This document shows positions 27,546-36,458 of a DNA stretch of 64,000 bases, in pieces. The stretch lies in the IMG/VR virus record IMGVR_UViG_3300047476_000779, positions 6,263 to 70,262 of that record; one strand, given 5' to 3'. Every line of letters begins with the position of its first letter. The stretch's first letter is position 1. The notes beneath the pieces were generated by a model. The model had not been told where the DNA came from. It saw nothing but the letters and a program-made list of their open reading frames with translations, and made no database searches. The position numbers were made by a program, and so were the translations under genes. The DNA comes from a virus.

Positions 27546-28717
27546 CAAAAACTGTAGCAGTCATCGGTGCCGGTATTACCGGTATCACTACAGCATATTA
27601 CCTTGCTAAAAAAGGTTATAGTGTAACTGTCTACGAACAAGAACCACATGCGGCAATGCGTACTAGCTTTGCCAATGGTGGACAAATATCAGTTAGTAAC
27701 AGTGAAGTCTGGACTACATGGAGTAACGTCAAGAAGGGCATCAAGTGGCTCTTTAAGAAAGATGCTCCGTTGTTGATTCGTCCTCGTTTAGATTATCGTC
27801 AATGGAAGTGGATCGCAAAGTTTCTATACAATACTGCTACAAATCAGTATGAAAAGAACACTAGCGAAACAATTAAGATGGGTCTAGAATCTAGTAAGTT
27901 GTACAAAGAAATTATGTACACAGAAAAACTAAGTTTTGACCAATCACCTTCAGGTATTCTTCACTTCTACAAAGATAAACAATACTTTGAAGCCGCAAAA
28001 CAAGCACAATACATCTATCGTAAGAACGGTTGTGAGTGGGATATAGTTGACACACAACGAGTTAAGGAGTTAGATAGTACACTAGAAAATGTTGAGGGTA
28101 TCGTAGGTGGTGCGTGGACATTGGGTGATTGGACTGGTGACATTCATAAGTTTTGTATAGACCTTGAGCGTGTGTTGAAGAAGAAATACGGAGTAACTTT
28201 TATTTACAATTCAGTAACTACTAAAGATACAATGCTACAATTAGTCAATTTGTATGATGCTGTAGTTGTATGTGCAGGTGTAGGTAGTGTTGACATTGCT
28301 AACAGTGTAGGTGATACGTTAGACATTTACCCAGTCAAAGGTTACAGTATTACTATCAATAACGTAGATAAGAAACATTTGCCTGTCGTTAGTTTGTTAG
28401 ATGACCAAGCAAAGATTGTTACTGCAAGTTTAGGTAATCGTTTCCGTGTTGCAGGTACTGCTGAACTAGCAGGTGAGAACTATGATATCCGTCATGATAG
28501 AGTCAAGCCATTGCTAGATTGGGTAAGAACTAATTTCCCTAATATGGATACTAGTGATTACAGTAGTTGGGCATGTCTCAGGCCAATGACTCCGAACATG
28601 ATGCCTATTACCAAACGTAGTGACAAGAATGATAAAGTGTACTATAATACAGGACATGGTCACTTAGGTTGGACATTAGGTCCAGTAACAGCAAAACAAA
28701 TTGCGGAAATGATATGA
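27542..28717 (+). CDS. FAD-dependent oxidoreductase, D-amino-acid dehydrogenase (DadA)-like
   Basis: VAVIGAGITGITTAYYLAKKGYSVTVYEQE (GxGxxG). Along its length it matches DadA blocks (IKWLF...APLL, YPVKGYSITI, LRPMTP, NTGHGHLGWT). Confidence 0.7.
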   Translation: MTKTVAVIGAGITGITTAYYLAKKGYSVTVYEQEPHAAMRTSFANGGQISVSNSEVWTTWSNVKKGIKWLFKKDAPLLIRPRLDYRQWKWIAKFLYNTATNQYEKNTSETIKMGLESSKLYKEIMYTEKLSFDQSPSGILHFYKDKQYFEAAKQAQYIYRKNGCEWDIVDTQRVKELDSTLENVEGIVGGAWTLGDWTGDIHKFCIDLERVLKKKYGVTFIYNSVTTKDTMLQLVNLYDAVVVCAGVGSVDIANSVGDTLDIYPVKGYSITINNVDKKHLPVVSLLDDQAKIVTASLGNRFRVAGTAELAGENYDIRHDRVKPLLDWVRTNFPNMDTSDYSSWACLRPMTPNMMPITKRSDKNDKVYYNTGHGHLGWTLGPVTAKQIAEMI

Positions 28718-29562
28718 GTCAAATAAAAATTTCAGAATTATTCTATTCAATTCAAGGTGAAGGTAAATTCATGGGAGTCCCGAGTGTGTTTTTACGCACG
28801 TTCGGGTGTAACTTTGAATGTAATGGCTTTGGGTTGTCTAAAGGTGAAAAGAGTACAGAGAGAGATACAATTGCGATTAAAGCAGAAACTTATACAGATT
28901 ATAAATCCTTACCGCTTGTCAGCACGGGATGTGATAGTTATGCATCTTGGGACCCTCGTTTCAAACATCTTAGTCCTGTGCTCGATTCCGATACTATTGC
29001 TAACAGCATTGTTGATACACTTCCTCGAGGTCGTTGGATGGATGAGCACTTGGTTATCACGGGCGGCGAACCGCTTCTCGGATGGCAAAGAGCGTATCCT
29101 GACTTACTTTCGCACGATAAGATGAAATCATTGAAGGAGATGACGTTTGAGACAAACGGCACTCAACATATAAGTGAGGACTTCACTAAGTATCTACGTG
29201 AATGGCAACGTAATCGTGCTAAAGATGCGATTACATTCAGTGTAAGTCCTAAACTCAGTATCAGCGGTGAAAAGTGGGAAGATGCTATCTGTCCCGAAGT
29301 TATCGCACAATACAAGGTTCATGGTTTCGTATATCTCAAATTTGTTGTAGCAACTAAAGAAGATGTGAAAGAAGCTGAACAAGCAGTAGATGAGTATCGC
29401 AAGAAAGGTTTTACTGGTCCTGTATACTTGATGCCATGCGGTGGCGTTGAATCTATCTATAGTTTGAATGCACGTAACGTAGCAATTGAAGCGATGAACC
29501 GAGGTTGGCGCTATAGTGATAGACTACAAGTGCCGTTGTTTAAGAATGAATGGGGTACATGA
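28714..29562 (+). CDS. queE: 7-carboxy-7-deazaguanine synthase (QueE, radical SAM)
   Basis: FYSIQGEGKFMGVPSVFLRTFGCNFEC and HLVITGGEPLL parallel E. coli QueE (FQTLQGEGYFTGVPAIFIRLQGC ... VVITGGEP). ATG 28714 overlaps the upstream stop. Confidence 0.8.
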   Translation: MSQIKISELFYSIQGEGKFMGVPSVFLRTFGCNFECNGFGLSKGEKSTERDTIAIKAETYTDYKSLPLVSTGCDSYASWDPRFKHLSPVLDSDTIANSIVDTLPRGRWMDEHLVITGGEPLLGWQRAYPDLLSHDKMKSLKEMTFETNGTQHISEDFTKYLREWQRNRAKDAITFSVSPKLSISGEKWEDAICPEVIAQYKVHGFVYLKFVVATKEDVKEAEQAVDEYRKKGFTGPVYLMPCGGVESIYSLNARNVAIEAMNRGWRYSDRLQVPLFKNEWGT

Positions 29563-29747
29563 TGACACAAGTAGTAATTACACGAACACAATATGAACGA
29601 CTACGTGAAGTATTTGAAATGTACGACAGCGTAGATCGTATAGTTTGGAAGCAGGAATCAGTAAGTGGGATTGGTCCTAATGTTACTATTGAGTTTGATC
29701 CAAAAGAAACAGTCAAATTAGATATCACTGATGTGGAGAGTTGGTAA
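29550..29747 (+). CDS. hypothetical protein
   Basis: 65-aa ORF. Confidence 0.35.
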   Translation: MGYMMTQVVITRTQYERLREVFEMYDSVDRIVWKQESVSGIGPNVTIEFDPKETVKLDITDVESW

Positions 29748-29974
29748 TGGAAGACGGACCTCAAACATATGATCCATTCAAGCATAGATGTATTGGCACT
29801 GAATACAAGTTTACTTGGTTACCGCAGACGTGCCACATCACCGGAAAAAAGTTGTGGCTAAAACATGCGTATAGACAAACAGCAATGATTGTGGGCCCTG
29901 GAGACTCTATATTTGATTTTCGATGGTACCAAAAGGATGCGTTCTTGATAGCAAGATTAAAAGGTATAGTATGA
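29741..29974 (+). CDS. hypothetical protein
   Basis: 77-aa ORF. Confidence 0.35.
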   Translation: MVMEDGPQTYDPFKHRCIGTEYKFTWLPQTCHITGKKLWLKHAYRQTAMIVGPGDSIFDFRWYQKDAFLIARLKGIV

Positions 29975-31323
29975 AATTGTATAGTAAACGAATCGCATTT
30001 TTAATCAGTGACCAGCATTTTATTCCGCATGGTGGCATCGGTAGTTTCTGTAAGAGTTTTACAGAAATGTCTAGTAGACTAAACTGGAAAGTTGATATTA
30101 TACTTGACAAAGCTCCAAACAATGACAGGTTTAAAGATTTAATTGAAGAAGCTGGTGCCAATATCATATGGCCTTTAGAACCACTGCGATACAACAATCA
30201 CACCGCAACATTTGCGTTTAGTGACACTATCAACTTTGAAAAGATTATCAACTTCCGTACAGCATTGTTGGAAGCATTTGAAGAAAATGTATACGACATG
30301 ATTGTGTGTAACACACAAGAAGCAATGACAGCGGCATATGCTATGACAGTCAACAAGTATATTCCTGTTGTGTTCTATACACATTTACATTCAATGATTT
30401 TCCGCGACAGTCAAGGTAGCGATGTGTTTTTAGACAGTTATCATAACTTCTATAACAAGCACATGGAATTCACTGATATCATCATTGGTACACAGAGTCA
30501 AAAGAACATCGATGAATTAACAAAATACGGAGCAACTAATTGTCAGTTGCTTCCCATGCCCATGAGCGAACGCGGGTTGCTCACTGAGAGTGGATTGACT
30601 AGTAAAGGCGTATTATTCATCGGCCGCTGGGAAGAAGGCAAGAACCCAGAAGCATACATTCGTGCTATGAAAGAATGCCAGTTGCCCTGTAAAGTAATGA
30701 CTAATAGTAACGGTGCTAAGAAATTTGAGAAGGCATTTGCTGAGGCAGGTATCACTGACTACGAAATTCGTGCAGGCATTACCGGACAAGAGAAAGTAAA
30801 TTTCATTCATAGTGCTAGCGTGTTCTTTATGCCCAGCTTGCGTGAGAACTATCCTTTCGCATTCTTAGAATGCTTGGGTCATATGCCTTGCGTAGTTTTA
30901 GATTCACAAGATTGGTCAGACAACTTTGATAGCAAGTATTTTCACAAAGTCAATATCAAAGATGCCGGTAACAAAATCAAAGAACTGTATGGGTCAGCGC
31001 AAGTCAATGGTGCGTTAGACTATGTAAAACAACTTGACTATCAGGTAGCTTTCAAATGGAATAAGTTCTTAGATGATTTTGTAGGGAAACGTAGTAATAC
31101 TAATGCCGCTAAGATTAACACATTTGAAACAGTCAAGTATCGTGACTATATTAAAGATTTAGAGCGAAAACATCTAGCACGTGAAGATTTTGAATCTGTG
31201 CTATCAAACAAATATAAGTTTACTACTGTTTGGTACACTGATACAGATACCTATCTTAGCAAAGATCCAACTTATAAACCAGTAGAGGAAGAAACAGGAT
31301 TGAGCCTGTTCGAGGGACTATGA
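29971..31323 (+). CDS. GT-B fold glycosyltransferase (GT4-like)
   Basis: ATG 29971 overlaps the upstream stop. C-terminal FIGRWEEGKNPE ... PSLRENYPFAFLECLG resembles the GT-B donor-binding region. Confidence 0.5.
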   Translation: MKLYSKRIAFLISDQHFIPHGGIGSFCKSFTEMSSRLNWKVDIILDKAPNNDRFKDLIEEAGANIIWPLEPLRYNNHTATFAFSDTINFEKIINFRTALLEAFEENVYDMIVCNTQEAMTAAYAMTVNKYIPVVFYTHLHSMIFRDSQGSDVFLDSYHNFYNKHMEFTDIIIGTQSQKNIDELTKYGATNCQLLPMPMSERGLLTESGLTSKGVLFIGRWEEGKNPEAYIRAMKECQLPCKVMTNSNGAKKFEKAFAEAGITDYEIRAGITGQEKVNFIHSASVFFMPSLRENYPFAFLECLGHMPCVVLDSQDWSDNFDSKYFHKVNIKDAGNKIKELYGSAQVNGALDYVKQLDYQVAFKWNKFLDDFVGKRSNTNAAKINTFETVKYRDYIKDLERKHLAREDFESVLSNKYKFTTVWYTDTDTYLSKDPTYKPVEEETGLSLFEGL

Positions 31324-32144
31324 AAAAAATCTTAATTACAGGAAACAGCGGATACATCGGTAGTCATTTGACTAAGATGTTAAAAGATGAATATATTATT
31401 CATGGCATGGATATGAATCAACCACAGATTCAACCAGTTACTCATCATTATAATGACATTCGCAAGCCTATTGATATAGCAGAAGAATATGATTGTGTCA
31501 TTCATTTGGCTGCTTTAGTTAATGTAGGTGAAAGTGAACAGATCCCTATTCAATACTACATTACTAATTTAAATGGTACAATGAATGTATTGAACAAGAT
31601 CAAGACTAAGAATTTTGTCTTTGCGAGTACAGGTGCCGCAGTAGGTTGTGAAAGTGCTTATGGTATTAGTAAACGTGCCGCCGAAGATGTAGTATGTGAA
31701 TATTGTACCGCGCACAATCCAAAAGACTATACAATCTTTAGGTTCTACAATGTGATTGGTAGTGATGGATTCGCTCCAACTAATCCCGATGGATTAATGT
31801 ATAACTTATTGAAAGCTAAAGAATCAGGTGAGTTTACTATCTTTGGTAAAGACTATGATGTAAGTCCTGACGGAACATGTATTCGTGATTATGTTCACGT
31901 AAATGAGATTTGTGATGCTTTAAAGCAAGCGATTGAAAAGCCAAGTTACAAGGTAGAATCATTGGGACATGGTGTAGGTTATACTGTTCGTGAGATTGTT
32001 AGTATGTTTCAGAACGTAAATGATACAGACTTTGATGTAAAATACGGCCCAAGAAGAAAGGGCGACCTTGCTAGTAGTGTACTAGAAGATGTGTCGCCCT
32101 ATATGCGTAACTTGTATACGATGGAACAGTTGTTAAAAGTTTAA
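31320..32144 (+). CDS. NAD-dependent sugar epimerase/dehydratase (extended SDR)
   Basis: ILITGNSGYIGSHL is a Rossmann GxxGxxG. YGISK is the catalytic YxxxK. Confidence 0.7.
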   Translation: MKKILITGNSGYIGSHLTKMLKDEYIIHGMDMNQPQIQPVTHHYNDIRKPIDIAEEYDCVIHLAALVNVGESEQIPIQYYITNLNGTMNVLNKIKTKNFVFASTGAAVGCESAYGISKRAAEDVVCEYCTAHNPKDYTIFRFYNVIGSDGFAPTNPDGLMYNLLKAKESGEFTIFGKDYDVSPDGTCIRDYVHVNEICDALKQAIEKPSYKVESLGHGVGYTVREIVSMFQNVNDTDFDVKYGPRRKGDLASSVLEDVSPYMRNLYTMEQLLKV

Positions 32145-32800
32145 CTTCCCCAACCTGCGAAGAACGGATCACTGATAACAATCTCTCCGTCACTTCCTAA
32201 CATGAAGTTACCACTGTGTAGGTCTAGATTTCCTAGACCTATTTTTCTAGCTACTTTCTTCAAGTCAGTGATTGTATCCCATAGTTTATTGAAACCATCT
32301 TCACCAACTAGTGTCATAAGTTTATTGAAGTTGTCTGTGTTTTGCTGACCCCAACTCCTATTCTCATAGCCCTTCATGAAGTCTTGTTTTTGTTTTGGGC
32401 TATTACCGCGCTCTGCTTTATCAGCAAGATGTGATAACACATAATTCATGCCACTAGCACCTTTTGTGAAAGGGAACAATCTTTCCATCTTAATTTGTAG
32501 ATAAGGTTTTCCCTTATAGTGGAATAGATTCCAGTCACTAAACTGAGGCAAGAAAGGGTTGTCACTATTTGCCTTGCAATAGTCTGCGTATGCTTTGAAT
32601 GTCTTTTGTGATCTTGTTAATTGAATGCTACCTTGTTTGGCGCGACTACTAGTACCAAAGATTTTCAGTATCATACCATCAGGGGCTAAGTAAGCAGTTT
32701 GGTCAACGCCACTGCCTAATTTTTTATAGCCCTTTTGCCTAAGGATGCCATCGATACTTCTATCTGTGTATGCTTCTGATAAAAATTCTTCTGCTCTCAT
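32141..32800 (-). CDS. CTS-bearing protein kinase-like protein
   Basis: N-terminus MRAEEFLSE. GSGVDQTAYLAPDGMILKIF (Gly-loop + K), LDLHSGNFML (catalytic-loop-like D..N) and ISDPFFAG (DFG-like). Confidence 0.5.
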   Translation of the reverse strand: MRAEEFLSEAYTDRSIDGILRQKGYKKLGSGVDQTAYLAPDGMILKIFGTSSRAKQGSIQLTRSQKTFKAYADYCKANSDNPFLPQFSDWNLFHYKGKPYLQIKMERLFPFTKGASGMNYVLSHLADKAERGNSPKQKQDFMKGYENRSWGQQNTDNFNKLMTLVGEDGFNKLWDTITDLKKVARKIGLGNLDLHSGNFMLGSDGEIVISDPFFAGWGS

Positions 32801-32801
32801 T

Positions 32802-34253
32802 TTAGTGCTTCAATAATAATGTGCTTAATACGCCATGACTCTTAGCTGTAATGTCCGGCTCACCTGGGGTGATGATAACATTATATTTAACAGGGGTTTC
32901 TTTTTTGCCGCCGTCAGTTTTTTGATCCCACTCGTTATAAGACAATATAGAGTTGGCGCTGATACCGTACTCTTTTGCTATTCTTTGTTTTAGTTCAGGT
33001 AACTTGTCGGGTATCACTTGCCATTGACCTTCTGCTCCCTTAACTAAGTTCTTCTTCTCATCCTTCACTAATAAGTCATAGAATATATCAGTGGGAACAA
33101 TTCTACTATTCTTTGTCTGTTCTAAACTTGGATCAGCGGCCTTAACTTTTTTCTCTTGTGAAGTGTGAGCACCTTCACTCCAGTTAATAATAAAGTTGTT
33201 TGGCTTAGCACCAACAGCAACATCACCCATCTTTGTGTAAGCGTAGAACTGTACATTAGGATGTGCTTTTGCTAGTTTAAAAGCCATGTCAACATATTCA
33301 GGACTGAAGAAATCACCAGCATCGTGCCAGCGAATAGTTACTTTGTAACCACCCTTCTGACCGGCTTTTTCTTCTTTAGTAATTTCTGCGCTTAATTGAT
33401 TGAAGAAACCTGTTGGATCATTTAATAGATATGTTAGAATACGACCGTCACTTTGCCAAGCATTCTTAAACTGAACTTTACCGCCCTTCATAGCAAAGCA
33501 ATCGACTTTACATGAACCAGCACCTGGACATGTATTAACAATGATAAGTTTGTTCGTTTGTTCGTCAACAGCAATACCAGTCAATGCGGCGAAACCAATG
33601 TTGAAGAACTGTTCTAGTTCTCCATTACTGTGCTTCATCTTTTCGTTTTGCTTCAATAGTGCTTTTGGACGCTGTGATAGAGTTTTCTTAACTAATTCTT
33701 CATCGTATGTTTGACCATCAGGACCTAAATATTCAATGACACTTGAACGGTGAATGTATGGCATCTTGTACTTGTCTGTCTTTGTTTTGCCGGACACATA
33801 CTTTTCAATACCCTTCTTGTCGGTTTTAACATTACCTTGTTTATCTAAATCAGGTGTACCTACAATTCGTTTCATATAGTCTTGAAACTCATCGCCACCA
33901 AATTCACGTGACTGTGCCGGCAATGCTGTGGCTTCATCTAAACCAGATAGTTTACGAATTCTTTCTAGATGTTCCTTACTTTCATTAGCTGCATCTTTAA
34001 AGTTTTTAGCAGTAGGTGCTCCCTTGCTCCCCGGTTCACGCATCTTTTCACCGGATCCATGCTTAATTCGTTCACGTTTAGCATGTATATTTGCCCATAA
34101 ACCCTTGCCTTCTTCGGCAACTTGTTCATCTGATTCTTCACCGGGCATATCACCTGCTTTAGCAACGAATTGCTGAGGTGTCATAATTTGGATACCTTGC
34201 GGTGCTCCGGGCATTTTTGGCTCTGCGCCTTCGAATAATTCTTTAAAATTCAT
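32802..34253 (-). CDS. large hypothetical protein with CTS-like N-terminus
   Basis: 483 aa. N-terminus MNFKELFE|G. Confidence 0.5.
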   Translation of the reverse strand: MNFKELFEGAEPKMPGAPQGIQIMTPQQFVAKAGDMPGEESDEQVAEEGKGLWANIHAKRERIKHGSGEKMREPGSKGAPTAKNFKDAANESKEHLERIRKLSGLDEATALPAQSREFGGDEFQDYMKRIVGTPDLDKQGNVKTDKKGIEKYVSGKTKTDKYKMPYIHRSSVIEYLGPDGQTYDEELVKKTLSQRPKALLKQNEKMKHSNGELEQFFNIGFAALTGIAVDEQTNKLIIVNTCPGAGSCKVDCFAMKGGKVQFKNAWQSDGRILTYLLNDPTGFFNQLSAEITKEEKAGQKGGYKVTIRWHDAGDFFSPEYVDMAFKLAKAHPNVQFYAYTKMGDVAVGAKPNNFIINWSEGAHTSQEKKVKAADPSLEQTKNSRIVPTDIFYDLLVKDEKKNLVKGAEGQWQVIPDKLPELKQRIAKEYGISANSILSYNEWDQKTDGGKKETPVKYNVIITPGEPDITAKSHGVLSTLLLKH

Positions 34254-34271
34254 AGTTTAATCCGTAAATAG

Positions 34272-34300
34272 TTGACTTTATTGCGTAACTGTGCTACACT
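34272..34300 (+). promoter_or_regulatory. sigma70-like promoter TTGACT-17-TACACT (divergent region)
   Basis: -35 at 34272-34277, -10 at 34295-34300. Upstream of the ATG at 34331. Confidence 0.5.
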
Positions 34301-34330
34301 ATATCTATTATTTATCACTTTGGTCTATCT

Positions 34331-35365
34331 ATGCACTCTTTCAATCTTACTACTAAACGTATCGGTTTTGCTTGTAAATTCGCTGAAATTAACAAGAAAG
34401 GCGAGATTTCGTCAGTCGAAGGTCTTAACACCGGCGGCACAACTATGGCATGGGCAAAGCGCAACACCCGCGCCGCAGTAGAAGAAAAAATCATTGATGT
34501 TGCTAAGACCAACATCGTAAACACACACAATCTTATTAAGAAGGTGGCAACTCTTCCCGAGCCACAACGCATGTTGCGCATTACTAGTGACATGCTTAGT
34601 TTTTATACACACGAAGACTGGCAACCCTTCTGGCAATCTACTAATACTCAGGATTCACTCGCACGTTGGTTCGCTCCTCTAGGTGAGACTGCTAGACAAA
34701 ACAACGTTCGCTTGTCATTTCACCCTGACCAATTCGTGGTTCTTGCTAGTGACCGCGAAGATGTAGTAAATAAGAGTATCGAGGAATTCGAGTATCATTG
34801 TGACATGGCTCGCTGGTTAGGGTACGGTAAGACTTTTCAGGACATGAAGGTCAACGTTCATATCAGTGGTCGTCAAGGTCCCGAAGGTATTCGCAAGGCG
34901 TATCAGCGTCTAAGTCCCGAAGCACGTAACACTATCACTATCGAGAACGAAGAAAATGCCTGGGGACTTGACGATTGCCTTACTTTATCTGATTTGCTTC
35001 CAATTGTTTTGGACATTCATCATCATTGGTGCAGAGAGGGAGAATACTTGGCAATCACCGACGAGCGTGTTCAGCGGGTTGTTGATTCTTGGCGCCATGT
35101 TCGCCCTACTCTACATTATAGTGTGTCACGTGAAGATATCCTTGTTGGTCATTGCGTTAATACTTTACCATGCCGCGACAGCTTGATTGCCCAAAAAATC
35201 AACAAGCAAAAGCTACGTGCTCATAGTGACTACTTTTGGAACAACGCAGTTAATGACTGGGCATTGACATACGTAGATAAATTTGATATCATGTGCGAGT
35301 CTAAGGGCAAGAATCTTGCTAGCACACCATTATACGAGAAAGCGAAACAAAATGGGATTATTTGA
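34331..35365 (+). CDS. uvdE: UV damage endonuclease (UvdE)-like
   Basis: IGFACKF, VRLSFHPDQFVVL, ITIENEE and VLDIHHHW match conserved UVDE TIM-barrel blocks. Confidence 0.65.
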   Translation: MHSFNLTTKRIGFACKFAEINKKGEISSVEGLNTGGTTMAWAKRNTRAAVEEKIIDVAKTNIVNTHNLIKKVATLPEPQRMLRITSDMLSFYTHEDWQPFWQSTNTQDSLARWFAPLGETARQNNVRLSFHPDQFVVLASDREDVVNKSIEEFEYHCDMARWLGYGKTFQDMKVNVHISGRQGPEGIRKAYQRLSPEARNTITIENEENAWGLDDCLTLSDLLPIVLDIHHHWCREGEYLAITDERVQRVVDSWRHVRPTLHYSVSREDILVGHCVNTLPCRDSLIAQKINKQKLRAHSDYFWNNAVNDWALTYVDKFDIMCESKGKNLASTPLYEKAKQNGII

Positions 35366-35810
35366 TAAATTATTTGGTAAGAAGAAAGAAGCACCACCTG
35401 AGGATAGGGGTCTACCTAAAGTAGACACTGCCCCGCCGATTCCTAAGGTAAAGAAACCTCGCAAACCGAAAGAGAAAAAAGTCGAACATACTCTTTCAGC
35501 TAAAGAAAAAGCTACTCAAGCAGGTGAACCTTATGTGTCTGTTGTTAAGATTGATTTAGATCCTAATAACATAAACGATGGCTCATTCGAATTGGATTGG
35601 AATGACAAGTTTGTTTTAAATCTAATCAAAGCAGGATATAAGCAACGTGAAGATGACACCGATCAACTTATAGTAGAAAGGTGGTTTCAGTATACCTGTC
35701 GCAACGTTGCACTAGAACTATACGAACAGCAGGTTGCAGATCCCTCTAATAGAGATTTGCGAAACGTGGTTAGCAAGGATTTAGGTAACGGAAGGACAGA
35801 GGTAAGTTAA
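35352..35810 (+). CDS. hypothetical basic/proline-rich protein
   Basis: ATG 35352 (MGLFDKLFGKKKE). The ORF track starts it earlier, overlapping uvdE. Confidence 0.4.
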   Translation: MGLFDKLFGKKKEAPPEDRGLPKVDTAPPIPKVKKPRKPKEKKVEHTLSAKEKATQAGEPYVSVVKIDLDPNNINDGSFELDWNDKFVLNLIKAGYKQREDDTDQLIVERWFQYTCRNVALELYEQQVADPSNRDLRNVVSKDLGNGRTEVS

Positions 35811-36400
35811 TGTTTAATAATATTCAGTTGAATACACCAGATTTTTATTTTGATGTAGGCTCGATGACGCATCACACTGAGATATATCAAATCTTACGTG
35901 ATAATCAAATCAGCAAAATGTACGCATACGCAATTATGTATCGCAAGAGTTTTATTGAGTATGAGTTTTTGAAGATAGGTCAAAGTTGTCCCGAACCCGG
36001 TGAAGATACTGAAAAGGCAGTAGGGGAACGATTAGGTAGACAGCTAGCATGGTTTGATGGCTGGGACTATCAAAAGCCAAAAAGCGTACACGGTGCTGAC
36101 TTTTACTTTAACACTGTGTCTGAAATCAAGAACGGTAATTTACCCAGTTACTTGAATGATAAAAAATTCTTATGCGTGGGTGTTTGGAACGTTGACCGTA
36201 GAGCACCAAACGTAGCAAACTTTATTCGCAAGGATAGAGATATGACGGAATGGGTAGAGGGTGAATTGGCTAGTCAACATAAAAAACAAAAACAATGCCT
36301 ACCATTGCTCAACTACAAAGACCCTACTAAAAACTATTCTTACGTCAACTGTAACGTAAATGTTAACCATTTTTCACAGTTATTTGCGGTTCAGCCTTGA
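35810..36400 (+). CDS. hypothetical protein
   Basis: 196-aa ORF. Confidence 0.45.
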   Translation: MFNNIQLNTPDFYFDVGSMTHHTEIYQILRDNQISKMYAYAIMYRKSFIEYEFLKIGQSCPEPGEDTEKAVGERLGRQLAWFDGWDYQKPKSVHGADFYFNTVSEIKNGNLPSYLNDKKFLCVGVWNVDRRAPNVANFIRKDRDMTEWVEGELASQHKKQKQCLPLLNYKDPTKNYSYVNCNVNVNHFSQLFAVQP

Positions 36401-36425
36401 CAAAAAATCAAAATAGTCGTATAAT
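36397..36425 (+). promoter_or_regulatory. sigma70 consensus promoter TTGACA-17-TATAAT
   Basis: -35 at 36397-36402, -10 at 36420-36425. Upstream of the RNase H-like gene. Confidence 0.6.
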
Positions 36426-36458
36426 ATACGCATATTACTCAACTATATACAATCCCGC

